This document shows positions 1 through 9,326 of a stretch of 64,000 nucleotides of DNA, piece after piece. This DNA comes from Waterburya sp. (GTDB lineage: Bacteria > Cyanobacteriota > Cyanobacteriia > Cyanobacteriales > Xenococcaceae), in the NCBI GenBank assembly GCA_965217895.1, contig CBDCJV010000002.1, positions 832,001 through 896,000 of the forward strand. The letters run 5' to 3'. The translations under genes and the position numbers were made by a program. Below the pieces are notes generated by a model. The model searched no databases, was not told the DNA's origin, and was given only the letters and a program-made list of their open reading frames with translations. Within the stretch, counting starts at the first letter, position 1. Every line of letters begins with the position of its first letter.

Positions 1-1340
1 CGATCGCTATTTTTAATGCCAGCATCGGCTTTGATATTGAATTGATTGAGTACGATTTAACTGGCTCAATTGCTCATGCTAAAATGCTAGGTAAAACTCA
101 AATAATTGCTGATAGTGAAGCAGAACAATTAGTTGCTGGCTTAGAACAGATTCGTACTGAATACCAGCAGGGAAACTTCAATCCAGGGGTAGAAGCAGAA
201 GATGTCCATTTTGCTGTAGAAAGACGACTAACAGAGATTGTTGGCGATGTGGGTAAAAAGCTGCATACGGCGCGATCGCGCAACGATCAGGTAGGTACAG
301 ATATCAGACTGTATTTGCGAGCCGAAATCAGAGAGATACAGCAATATTTAAGGCAATTTCAGGCAGCCTTGCTAGCTCATAGCGAGCAGCACATAGAAAC
401 TTTAATTCCAGGCTATACCCATTTACAAAGAGCGCAGCCAATTAGTTTAGCGCATCACCTCCTGGCATATTTTCAGATGATCCAACGAGACTGGGAAAGA
501 ATGGAAGATATTTATAAACGAACTAATATATCTCCTCTTGGCTGTGGTGCATTGGCAGGAACAACTTTTCCTATCGATCGCTCATATACCGCCCAATTAC
601 TAGGATTTGATAAAATCTACGAGAATAGTCTTGATGGAGTGAGCGATCGCGATTTTGCGATCGAGTTTCTCTGCGGGGCTAGTTTAATTATGGTGCATTT
701 AAGTCGTTTAAGTGAAGAGATGGTTCTTTGGGCATCTCAAGAATTTAGCTTTATCACTCTCAAAGATACTTGTGCAACAGGATCGAGCATCATGCCTCAA
801 AAGAAAAATCCTGATATACCTGAGCTTGTACGGGGCAAAACAGGCAGAGTTTTTGGACATCTCCAGGCAATGTTGGTAATTATGAAAGGCTTACCTTTGG
901 CTTACAATAAAGATTTACAAGAAGACAAAGAAGGAATTTTTGACGGGGTTAAAACCATCAAGGGTTGTTTAGAAGCAATGACTATTTTGTTAGCAGAGGG
1001 AATCGAATTTAAAACAGCCAGACTAGCAGAAGCCGTCGCTGAGGATTTTTCTAACGCCACCGATGTTGCCGATTATTTAGCATCTAAGGACGTTCCCTTT
1101 CGTGAAGCTTATAATTTGGTAGGGAAGGTGGTAAAAACCAGCCTAGCTGCTGGAAAACTACTAAAAGATCTAACATTAGAAGAATGGCAACAACTGCACC
1201 CTGCTTTTGAAGCCGATATCTATGAGGCGATCGCTCCTAAACAGGTAGTTTCTGCCCGTAATAGCTATGGTGGTACTGGTTTTGAGCAGGTACATCAGGC
1301 GATCGTTAGAGCTAAGTCTTTACTAGAAATCAAGGCTTAA
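1..1340 (+). CDS. argH: Argininosuccinate lyase (5' end lies outside the window)
   Basis: Motifs [21 protein letters not shown] and [12 protein letters not shown]; the frame is open from base 3 ([18 protein letters not shown]), so the true start is upstream. Confidence 0.97.
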   Translation, partial: IAIFNASIGFDIELIEYDLTGSIAHAKMLGKTQIIADSEAEQLVAGLEQIRTEYQQGNFNPGVEAEDVHFAVERRLTEIVGDVGKKLHTARSRNDQVGTDIRLYLRAEIREIQQYLRQFQAALLAHSEQHIETLIPGYTHLQRAQPISLAHHLLAYFQMIQRDWERMEDIYKRTNISPLGCGALAGTTFPIDRSYTAQLLGFDKIYENSLDGVSDRDFAIEFLCGASLIMVHLSRLSEEMVLWASQEFSFITLKDTCATGSSIMPQKKNPDIPELVRGKTGRVFGHLQAMLVIMKGLPLAYNKDLQEDKEGIFDGVKTIKGCLEAMTILLAEGIEFKTARLAEAVAEDFSNATDVADYLASKDVPFREAYNLVGKVVKTSLAAGKLLKDLTLEEWQQLHPAFEADIYEAIAPKQVVSARNSYGGTGFEQVHQAIVRAKSLLEIKA

Positions 1341-1402
1341 AACTTGAATTTCGGCATTTAACCACTTAAATCTGACAATTAATCCTATTTGATATTTTTT
1401 TT

Positions 1403-1864
1403 ATGGGTCGTTTTTGGCGATTTTTTTCAACTGTACTTGGTATTATCTTCCGCCATCCCGTTACAGGCACAACCATTATCCCCGTGTTGCCCGATGGTCG
1501 TATTGTCTTAATTCGGCGTAGTGATACTGGGCAGTGGGGATTGCCTGGAGGCATGATTGACTGGGGAGAAGATATTCCTCATGCTGCTAGGCGAGAATTA
1601 AGGGAAGAAACAGGTTTGAAATTAACCAAAATCAAAAGTTTACGAGGTGTTTACTCAGACCCTCAGCGAGATCCCCGCTTACACTCAATTTCTATTTTAT
1701 TAGAAGTAGAAGCAGAGGCGGTCGGTGAGCTTATCCCAGAGGATAAACTAGAAGTGTTGCAGGTCAAAGCATTTACTAAAGATGAATTGCCTTTGGGTAA
1801 TCTCAGTCACGATCACGATCGACAGTTAAAAGACTACTTTAAAGGTGCTGTGGCGATCGCCTAA
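1403..1864 (+). CDS. NUDIX hydrolase
   Basis: Nudix box GGMIDWGEDIPHAARRELREETG. Confidence 0.93.
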   Translation: MGRFWRFFSTVLGIIFRHPVTGTTIIPVLPDGRIVLIRRSDTGQWGLPGGMIDWGEDIPHAARRELREETGLKLTKIKSLRGVYSDPQRDPRLHSISILLEVEAEAVGELIPEDKLEVLQVKAFTKDELPLGNLSHDHDRQLKDYFKGAVAIA

Positions 1865-1992
1865 TTCTGTTTAAAAGATTTTATTTCGTGGCGATCGAAA
1901 AACCATTTCTTGCTAGGAAGTCTCGCTACGTTGTGGCTGAAGCTAAGGAAAAGGATTTAGTTGCTAAATAATAGAGCAATTAAAACAATCTT

Positions 1993-3201
1993 TTGCCCAA
2001 CCTTTATTCTGAAATCGCTTTGAATCAATCTATCGCTTCAAATCTAACCAAGTTATACATTTTGCGAGGACTAGCTTTTGCTTGGTTTCCTATTCCGACT
2101 ATTGTTTTATTTTACGAGAGTCATGGACTGAATTTAGAACAGGTAGTCTTACTTAAAACCATCTTATCCTTATCAATTTTGGTGCTAGAAGTGCCATCGG
2201 GATACTTAGCTGATGTTTGGAGTAGAAAAGCCTGTCTAGTTGTGGGTAGTGGGGTTTGGGTTAGTAGCTGGCTAATTTACTGTTTGGGAAGTTCTTTTAG
2301 CGAATTTGCGATCGCCGAAATATTAGCAGGAGTAGCAGGAAGTCTGATTTCAGGGGCGGACACTGCTCTAAGTTTTGATAGCTTATTGCAGTTAGGCAGA
2401 GAAAAATATTATCAAATTTGGGAAGGAAGACTAGTTGCGATCGCTGGCATTACTGAGGCGGTATGTGGCATTATTGGTGCTGCGATCGCTTCTGTTAATC
2501 TAGTTTATCCTTTTTATCTCCAGACAGTTTGTTTAGTTATTTATTTTTGTTTGGCATTAACTTTAGTTGAGCCTGAGTGTCATCAGCCTATTGCTAAAAA
2601 TCAGAAATTAGGGCAGCTTAAAAGTATTATTCTTGATGTATTCAAACGTCCCCGTCTACGATGGCTGATTTTGTTGAGCGGTACTTTTTCTAGTGCTAGC
2701 TTTTTAATTGTTTGGTTGTCTCAGGACTATTTAAAACTATTAAATATACCCATTCAGGCTTTTGGTTGGGCGTGGGCAATATTTCATCTGGGTATGAGTT
2801 TGGCTTCGGTTAATACTCATCATTTTGAACGTATCTTAGGCATCAAAAAAGCTACTTTGATTTTGGTTTTATTGCTAGCTTTTGCTTATATTGCTCTGGG
2901 CAGTATTGAGCAAGTCTGGGGAATAGCTTTTATTATGATTATCTATTTAGTTAGGGGTTTTTCTTCCCCACTAATTCTTAACGCTATTAATCAGCAAATT
3001 TCCTCTTCCGTGCGTGCTACCATTCTTTCGATTAATAGCTTAGTATTTCGGATTGGTTTTGCTGTTGTTGCGCCGATAGTTGGCGCGATCGCATCACGCT
3101 ATAATCTATTTACAGGCTTAACTACTGCTGGTTGCTTGTTTCTAATTTCAGGCTTATTTTGTTGGTGGCAATTAGTTAACAACAAGGCATTTTATGGTTG
3201 A
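1993..3201 (+). CDS. MFS transporter
   Basis: About 12 hydrophobic segments; EVPSGYLADVWSRK resembles MFS motif A; SGADTAL. Confidence 0.88.
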   Translation: MPNLYSEIALNQSIASNLTKLYILRGLAFAWFPIPTIVLFYESHGLNLEQVVLLKTILSLSILVLEVPSGYLADVWSRKACLVVGSGVWVSSWLIYCLGSSFSEFAIAEILAGVAGSLISGADTALSFDSLLQLGREKYYQIWEGRLVAIAGITEAVCGIIGAAIASVNLVYPFYLQTVCLVIYFCLALTLVEPECHQPIAKNQKLGQLKSIILDVFKRPRLRWLILLSGTFSSASFLIVWLSQDYLKLLNIPIQAFGWAWAIFHLGMSLASVNTHHFERILGIKKATLILVLLLAFAYIALGSIEQVWGIAFIMIIYLVRGFSSPLILNAINQQISSSVRATILSINSLVFRIGFAVVAPIVGAIASRYNLFTGLTTAGCLFLISGLFCWWQLVNNKAFYG

Positions 3202-3605
3202 TAACCAAAAGTAACTAAAAAGCTTTCAATTTTGGTTATTCTGTCTTCTAAACTCAATTTCTGAGAGTTAGAATCAGATATTTTTTGCGCAACAGTAATA
3301 AAATCTGACCAGCTACGACCATATTTTTGCTTACCGTATCTTTTTTGATATGCTGCTTTAGCATTTTTTAAACTGCCGTACTTTTCAAGAAAATATTGCT
3401 TATCTAAACTATTGTCGGAGCTAATAACAATTACTTTTGAGTTACTAACATTTAAACCAGCTTGATGTTGCTCATTAGCAATATTATGCTCTTGTTCGGT
3501 TAATTCTTGAGCAGCGATTAAAGCTGTCTTTTTAAAAGCGCGATCGTATTTATCAGCACTGGCTTTTAACTCGTCTCTAATTTGTTTTAATTGATTGAGT
3601 ACCAT
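3192..3605 (-). CDS. Hypothetical protein
   Basis: 137-aa ORF, co-oriented with and 13 bp downstream of 3619-4023. Confidence 0.65.
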   Translation of the reverse strand: MVLNQLKQIRDELKASADKYDRAFKKTALIAAQELTEQEHNIANEQHQAGLNVSNSKVIVISSDNSLDKQYFLEKYGSLKNAKAAYQKRYGKQKYGRSWSDFITVAQKISDSNSQKLSLEDRITKIESFLVTFGYQP

Positions 3606-3618
3606 GAGTTTTAACTAC

Positions 3619-4023
3619 TTAATTTCCATCTAATAAACTACGACCTATAGATGCTTGATCGGTAAACATCCAATTTTTTTGAGGATCTATTTCCCAGTTT
3701 TTATTAATTATTTCTTCATCAAAAAGTAGTCTTTCTGCTTCTTGAATAAGATCAACCTTATTAGCATCAGTTTTCTTATTGTAGCGATAGCAAACTTCCT
3801 TGAACTCATCAATATTAGTACTTGTTACATCTAATTTTGACAATGCTCGATCTCTATCTTCTTTTGCCTGTGTAGCCTCGACTACATTTTTTAATAGCTC
3901 TTGCTGCCGCTTTAAATTGAGTGTGTTAACTCTATTTTCTAAGGTCTTTAATGTCCCTTTGATACCAATAAAATTATCTTTAAATTTATCTATTTTTTTG
4001 ATTATTCCTTTACGATCTAACAT
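3619..4023 (-). CDS. Hypothetical coiled-coil protein, paralog of 4121-4447
   Basis: MLDRKGIIKKIDKFKDNFIGIKGTLKTLENRV aligns with the neighbouring ORF. Confidence 0.7.
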   Translation of the reverse strand: MLDRKGIIKKIDKFKDNFIGIKGTLKTLENRVNTLNLKRQQELLKNVVEATQAKEDRDRALSKLDVTSTNIDEFKEVCYRYNKKTDANKVDLIQEAERLLFDEEIINKNWEIDPQKNWMFTDQASIGRSLLDGN

Positions 4024-4570
4024 AATTCTTACATTAAAATACTGTTAGTCTATCGTAAAATTTCTAATAAAGAGTATCTATGTTTAAGATCACATTTTTA
4101 GAGCGATCTGAATCTTAAAATCACTCCTCAAAAAATAATTCATTGTCAAATAATGTTTTGTTCGCGTCGAAAAGCACATCTTTTTTACTAGCATAAGTCA
4201 TCTTATTAGAATTATCGCAAGCTTTCTTAAACTCCTCAATTTTATCAATTATTACATCTAATTCTGAAAATGCTCGGTCTCTATCTTCTGCTGCCTGTCT
4301 AGCATCAACTCCAGCTTTTAATAGTTCTTGCTGGTTTGACTTGAGTGTGCGAACTCTATTTTTTAAGGTCTTTAATGCCCCTTTGACACCAATAAAATTC
4401 TCTTTGACTTTTTCTATCTCTTGTATTATTTCTTTGCGGTCTAACATTGTACTTGTAGTAAGATACTGTTAGTCCATCGTAAAAGTTCCAATCAAGAGTA
4501 TATATGTTCGCGATCGCACTTTTAAAGCGATCTGAATCCAAAATCGCTTTTCAAAAAATACTGTCGAAGC
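3720..4570. repeat. Diverged tandem duplication, unit about 424 bp (gene plus upstream region); boundaries approximate
   Basis: 4039 atactgttagtctatcgtaaaa...gagcgatctgaatcttaaaatcac matches 4463 atactgttagtccatcgtaaaa...aagcgatctgaatccaaaatcgc; start codons are 424 bp apart. Confidence 0.85.
4121..4447 (-). CDS. Hypothetical coiled-coil protein, C-terminally shorter tandem duplicate of 3619-4023
   Basis: MLDRKEIIQEIEKVKENFIGVKGALKTLKNRV; the upstream DNA is duplicated as well. Confidence 0.65.
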   Translation of the reverse strand: MLDRKEIIQEIEKVKENFIGVKGALKTLKNRVRTLKSNQQELLKAGVDARQAAEDRDRAFSELDVIIDKIEEFKKACDNSNKMTYASKKDVLFDANKTLFDNELFFEE

Positions 4571-4615
4571 ATTTTAATATTATAAAAAGGACTGTTAATA
4601 ATTAATAATTGATAA

Positions 4616-5320
4616 TTGACTTATCGTTTAGTAGTTAAATCTCAACAAATACAAGAGCATAAAATAACTTTAGATGCTCAACAGCAACACTATTTATTGC
4701 GAGTATTGCGGTTAGGGAATGGCGATCGCTTTATAGCCCTCGATGGTGCTGGAAACTCTTGGTTGGCAGAAATTACGGCTCAATCAGCACAAATTATTGA
4801 ACCAGTTGCTATCAAAACAGAACTGTCTGTATCTGTGACTCTCATTACTGCTTTACCCAAAGGAAGCGGTTATGAACAGGTGGTGCGCTGCTGTACAGAA
4901 TTGGGAGTAAACAATTTTATGCCTGTAATCAGCGATCGCACTATTCTTAAGCCTAGTCTCAATAAAGTTCAACGCTGGCGCAAAATTGCCATTGAAGCAG
5001 TAGAACAGTCTGAAAGACAAATTGTTCCGAATGTTTTTGAGCCTGAAAAGTTTACTTTGGCAATTAATCGCCTTTCAGCTAACCAAGACAAATATATTTG
5101 CGTAACGCGAGGAGATACACCGACTCTCTGGAATTGTTTACCAGCTAGAACTCAGCCAGAAATAGTTATTGCCACAGGCTGCGAAGGTGGTTGGACAGAT
5201 GAAGAATTAGAAAAAGCGATTGCCGTTGGTTTTCAACCTGTATCTTTAGGCGATCGCATTCTCCGCGCCGTTACTGCACCTATAGTTGTCTGTTCTTTAG
5301 TTGTCGCTGTTTTAGAGTAG
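4616..5320 (+). CDS. rsmE: 16S rRNA m3U1498 methyltransferase
   Basis: HYLLRVLRL, TELGV, EAVEQSER, GCEGGW, SLGDRILRAVTA. Confidence 0.95.
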   Translation: MTYRLVVKSQQIQEHKITLDAQQQHYLLRVLRLGNGDRFIALDGAGNSWLAEITAQSAQIIEPVAIKTELSVSVTLITALPKGSGYEQVVRCCTELGVNNFMPVISDRTILKPSLNKVQRWRKIAIEAVEQSERQIVPNVFEPEKFTLAINRLSANQDKYICVTRGDTPTLWNCLPARTQPEIVIATGCEGGWTDEELEKAIAVGFQPVSLGDRILRAVTAPIVVCSLVVAVLE

Positions 5321-5458
5321 AAAAAGCATTTCTTCATTCCTCATCTTTTATCTCTTTTTTTGTAACACTCAATACGAAACAATTACTAATTAAAAGAGGA
5401 CGAAATCGTAATTTTGAGCTTTAATCTAAATCGATACAGCATTTTTTCCAGAGATACT

Positions 5459-6757
5459 ATGAAATTATCAAAAAAGTTAAAGTTAGCAGCAGTTTTCTTG
5501 AGTGCGATCGCGCTAACAAGTCCTTTACCTGCTGCTTTGGCACAATTTAGTGCAGCACCTATCCCAGCGGATCAAGTAGTAGCCGTGGCAGTTCCCGCAG
5601 GGGCAATCGGCTACAGTTTAACAATAGTGCAGCAAATTCCTGGTAAACAGCAGTGTTTTGCTGAAAAAGGTTCTCAACCAACAATTATCGAGCCACTCTG
5701 GACGACTTTTGACTTTACCAATAGCTGTCTTCGTTCTACAGATAGTAATGGCTATTCAGTAAGTCTAGATGGGCAGGATAATGGACTAGACTATCGGCTA
5801 GACGTTGTTCCTAAAGGAAACGAACTCCAACTAGTTGCCAACAGCTACCAAGATCGTTCTAAACTGGTGGTAGGTCAGACCTTTGGTAAACCTCCCAAGG
5901 GAGAATATGCCAAAATTCAGTTAAATCCAGGTTGGGAATTAACCAAAAAAGTATATCAAGGAAAAGTTTTAGGAGCTTTTTTGCTTAGTGGCGATACACA
6001 GGCGATCGCAGCAGCAGGTGGTACAGTTCCCCAACCTAGTGCCAATTTTAGCGATATTGCCAACGATATCTACAAAAAAGAGATTGAACAAGCTGTCGCC
6101 CTAGGATTTATTGCTGGTTACAAGGACAAAACTTTCCGTCCTACAGAACCTCTAACCAGAGAACAATTAGTATCAATGGCTTATGGTTCATTAGAAACGG
6201 TTAAAAGCGTACAGCTTGCTCCCCTTCCTTCCGTTCCTACTCAGCCTTATGCTGATGTTGATTCTTCTCGCTGGAGTGCTGCTAAAATTCAATGGGCTAA
6301 AGAAAACGATATTGTTAAAGGTTATCCTGATGGTTCATTTAAACCAGAACAACCTGTAACTAGAGCCGAGTTAGTTGTAGTGTTACAAAATCTAGCTAAG
6401 TTTGCTAATACCAAAGAGGGCAAACCAGCAGAATTAAAACCTACTCAGCAACCCAAGGCTTTTTCTGACACCGCAAATCATTGGGCTAGTCAAACTATTC
6501 AAACTATGTCAGCCTATTGTGGAGTAGCTTCAGCGTATCAAGAAATGGGTAATGCTTTCCAGCCTGATACCCCAGCAGCCAGAGATTACGCAGCAGCAGC
6601 AACCCTCAGAACTCAAGAGTGTTTAACAGGTGGAAAACCTAAAGGGGAAATGAATATGAAAGAGGGTATGCAGGACAACATGAAAAAAGATGAGATGAAT
6701 ATGCAAGAAGGTATGCAGGACAATATGAAAAAGGATGAGATGAATATGAACAAATAA
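5459..6757 (+). CDS. Secreted DUF3747-like protein with SLH domains and a Met-rich C-terminal repeat
   Basis: Signal peptide from ATG 5459; RSTDSNGYS motif; SLH repeats (GFIAGYKDKTFRPTEPLTRE, GYPDGSFKPEQPVTRAE); MNMxEGMQDNMKKDE twice. Confidence 0.8.
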   Translation: MKLSKKLKLAAVFLSAIALTSPLPAALAQFSAAPIPADQVVAVAVPAGAIGYSLTIVQQIPGKQQCFAEKGSQPTIIEPLWTTFDFTNSCLRSTDSNGYSVSLDGQDNGLDYRLDVVPKGNELQLVANSYQDRSKLVVGQTFGKPPKGEYAKIQLNPGWELTKKVYQGKVLGAFLLSGDTQAIAAAGGTVPQPSANFSDIANDIYKKEIEQAVALGFIAGYKDKTFRPTEPLTREQLVSMAYGSLETVKSVQLAPLPSVPTQPYADVDSSRWSAAKIQWAKENDIVKGYPDGSFKPEQPVTRAELVVVLQNLAKFANTKEGKPAELKPTQQPKAFSDTANHWASQTIQTMSAYCGVASAYQEMGNAFQPDTPAARDYAAAATLRTQECLTGGKPKGEMNMKEGMQDNMKKDEMNMQEGMQDNMKKDEMNMNK

Positions 6758-6924
6758 TTAGCGTCAATCGCAGCTAATTGTTACAACCAAAAAAGAGAGT
6801 CTTTAAGTAGACTCTCTAAACGGCAATTAAGCCATTAGCTATTAATCTTATTTGCTTTGCTTTTTGTAGTCAGGGGGCAAAAAACTACTAACCACGAACT
6901 ACTCACTACCTACTTATTTTGCTT

Positions 6925-7527
6925 TTAGCCAACTGAAGAGAAATAAACTTTAGATTTTACTGGATCGGGATTCATGGTTTGATCTCCTTCTTGCCATCCC
7001 GCAGGACAAACTTCATTGGGATTATTCTGTACGTGTTGAATCGCTTTTAAGGTACGTAAAGTTTCATCGACGCTACGACCAAAGGAAAGGTTGTTAATCG
7101 TTGCGTGTTGAATTATGCCCTCTTTATCAATAATAAATAATCCTCTTAAAGCTACTCCAGCTTCAGGATCTAAAACATTATAGGCATTGCTAATTTCTTT
7201 TTTAATATCAGAAACCAAAGGATAAGCAATATCACCAATACCGCCTTCTTTGCGCTCAGTTTGCATCCAGGCTAGATGAGCAAATTCACTATCTACGGAT
7301 ACGCCCAAAATTTCTGTATTTAAAGACTCAAACTCTCCATGGCGATCGCTGAAGGCGATAATTTCAGTAGGGCAAACAAAAGTAAAATCTAAAGGATAGA
7401 AAAACAAGACAGTATACTGACCACGATAATCAGAAAGCTTTACCGTCTTAAATTCTTGATCGAATACAGCCGTAGCCATAAATTCAGGTGCTTCTTGCCC
7501 TACTCTTAAACATCCTTCACTGTTCAT
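6925..7527 (-). CDS. 2-Cys peroxiredoxin (AhpC/TSA family)
   Basis: [14 protein letters not shown] and EVCPAGW; likely start [11 protein letters not shown] at 7527. Confidence 0.96.
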   Translation of the reverse strand: MNSEGCLRVGQEAPEFMATAVFDQEFKTVKLSDYRGQYTVLFFYPLDFTFVCPTEIIAFSDRHGEFESLNTEILGVSVDSEFAHLAWMQTERKEGGIGDIAYPLVSDIKKEISNAYNVLDPEAGVALRGLFIIDKEGIIQHATINNLSFGRSVDETLRTLKAIQHVQNNPNEVCPAGWQEGDQTMNPDPVKSKVYFSSVG

Positions 7528-8631
7528 AATTAACACAATATTTTTTTAGCAATCTGTAAAGCCAACGAGCCGTGTAGCCAGTTGTTTTTCCAATAATCAA
7601 TTTACCAAACTTTCGCTTGACTTGGTTTTTGTTTAGTGAACCAACGCTAACATTATTGTTCCAACTAGCTTTAAACATGGCTTCCATTAACATTAATTGA
7701 TTAGTTAATTCTTGTCCATCGATATAAGGCTTAAGATTAGTAGACACTTAAATGCTGCCATACTCTCAAACTTTTCGATGGGATAAACCTGAGATAGCAG
7801 TAACGCTCTTAATGTCAAATTAAAGTTGAATTGGTCAAAAACCAAGTTGTATTGTTTAAATTGAGAATTGTAAACTAGGATAAACAATTCTTTCTCAATT
7901 GCTAAATGCTGCAAATCAATGTCATCAATAGTTTGCGCTAGCCAGCGGGTAAATTGACTGATAGAAATGCCATAGCTCTTTGCCACACTTTTTTTGTACC
8001 TACTACCCCAATAGTTACTATGGTTTTTTAACTGTCTTTTTCTACCAGCTAGCCAGCACCACAACGCCCGTCTACCATCGCTTAGACGATTTGTGGCAAC
8101 ACCAATAGCTTCTGGAAACTCACGAGCTCACTGTTGTCTTGCACGATTAAGCAACGGGTTTTGAAACCTAGCCAAAGATTTTAACTGCAAAAACAGTTCT
8201 CGCATACGTGCTATTGGCGTAGGATTAAAAGAGATAAAGTAATTTTGTTTGCCATAATAAATATGAGCATAGCAAGCGATCGCCATCGCCTCTGCTAAAT
8301 CGTTTTTATCAGGTAAGTTGTTTTGTCGTCTGTAGCTAACAGCTTGGGTATGTCCTACCCAAAGAACTTCTACCTTTTCTCGTTCGGCAATATGCGCTAC
8401 TAACCATGAGTAGTGCATACCTGTCGGTTCTAATGCAATCGCATCAGGCTTTTGAGCTAATAAGCCAGCTATACCACTGTCGGTGAAATAAAACGTAAAC
8501 TCATCTAGTTTAGGATCTTTACTGCGTTGCTTTGATTCTTTTTTCCAATAAGCTTTTACGTCATTGGGTAAAGTCTCAAGTGACCAACAAACAGCACGAT
8601 CCTTGCAAATATCAATGCCGATAATTTTCAT
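7517..8631 (-). pseudogene. IS110-family (DEDD) recombinase/transposase, degenerate
   Basis: MKIIGIDICK...IALEPTG...PDKNDLAEA is a DEDD RuvC-like domain; the in-frame TGA at 8128-8130 reads on as AREFPEA...LWCWLAG; frameshift or deletion near 7745 after AAFK; C-terminal KRKFGKLIIGKTTGYTARWLYRLL helix. Confidence 0.8.
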
Positions 8632-8964
8632 ATTTAATTGTCGTGGTGCTACATAACACAGGGATTTATCGCGTCTTACCAATGTCAATAAGGTCAAGAA
8701 TCTCCCTAGATCACTCGTTGCGATCAATTCACTGTCAAACCTAGACATGGAGTAGCCAGAAAAAAGTAGCTCAGTCAGGAAGGATGAAAACCTTACGCTC
8801 ACTTCTGTAGGAAACTTACACTACTTTTTTTAAGGCGGCTTTTTGAATGATTAAAAACGCGCCTTGCTACTAACTGAGATTACTCCCAGGCGAAAAGAAT
8901 CGCGAACACTTCCCGCGACATCAAATATCTTGATGTTTTGATCGCCCGTCCAAGGCAAATCTCA
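8632..8964 (-). ncRNA. Structured non-coding end of the IS110 element (candidate bridge/seek-type RNA)
   Basis: Many nested stems (8889-8893/8942-8946, 8900-8906/8912-8918, 8918-8924/8930-8936, 8770-8778/8870-8878, 8832-8837/8860-8865); G-U pairs fit a minus-strand transcript; lies directly 5' of the IS110 gene. Confidence 0.55.
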
Positions 8965-9159
8965 TCAGGCGGTTATTTTTGTTGTGGCTTTAATACGGGA
9001 GATGATTGATACATCAATATCATTTTCTGTGATGGTTAAAAAGCCTTCATCAAAAGCAATGCAGTAAACCCATTTACCTTGATATGAATAAGTTTTGCTG
9101 ACAACCTTTCCTACAGTTCCAGGAATGCGATCGCCAATCTCATATTTCGGTTTGTTCAT
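8965..9159 (-). CDS. Small hypothetical protein (MNKPKYEIGDR...)
   Basis: 64-aa ORF; its N-terminus recurs at 10522. Confidence 0.5.
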   Translation of the reverse strand: MNKPKYEIGDRIPGTVGKVVSKTYSYQGKWVYCIAFDEGFLTITENDIDVSIISRIKATTKITA

Positions 9160-9164
9160 ATCCG

Positions 9165-9326
9165 TTACTGTTGTCGAAGCTTGCTTAACATAAATTTGAT
9201 TTCAGCTAAACGCGATCGCTTTTGTTCGATTGTCAAAAATTGAAGTTCTAGTAGAGCATCAATATATGCCTCCTGGACTACTTCAGTTGTTTGATACGGA
9301 AGATGTTCAATTACAGTTACCAGTAA
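9165..9326 (-). pseudogene. 3' part of a small ORF cut by the IS630 insertion
   Basis: The ORF-track start (9350) lies inside the IS630 terminal repeat; the remaining frame reads LLVTVIEHLPY...KLRQQ. Confidence 0.4.

Noticed and set aside
4356..4541. 61-aa ORF overlapping the duplicated gene
   Set aside because: The equivalent frame in the other duplicate copy has several stops; probably non-coding
8632..8802. N-terminal 56-aa extension of ORF 8128-8802 in the ORF track
   Set aside because: IS110 proteins begin at the xxGID motif (ATG 8631); the extension overlaps the structured non-coding region
8632..8964. Possible TIGR- or CRISPR-like guide array next to the IS110-like gene
   Set aside because: No tandem repeat-spacer periodicity is visible, only hairpins
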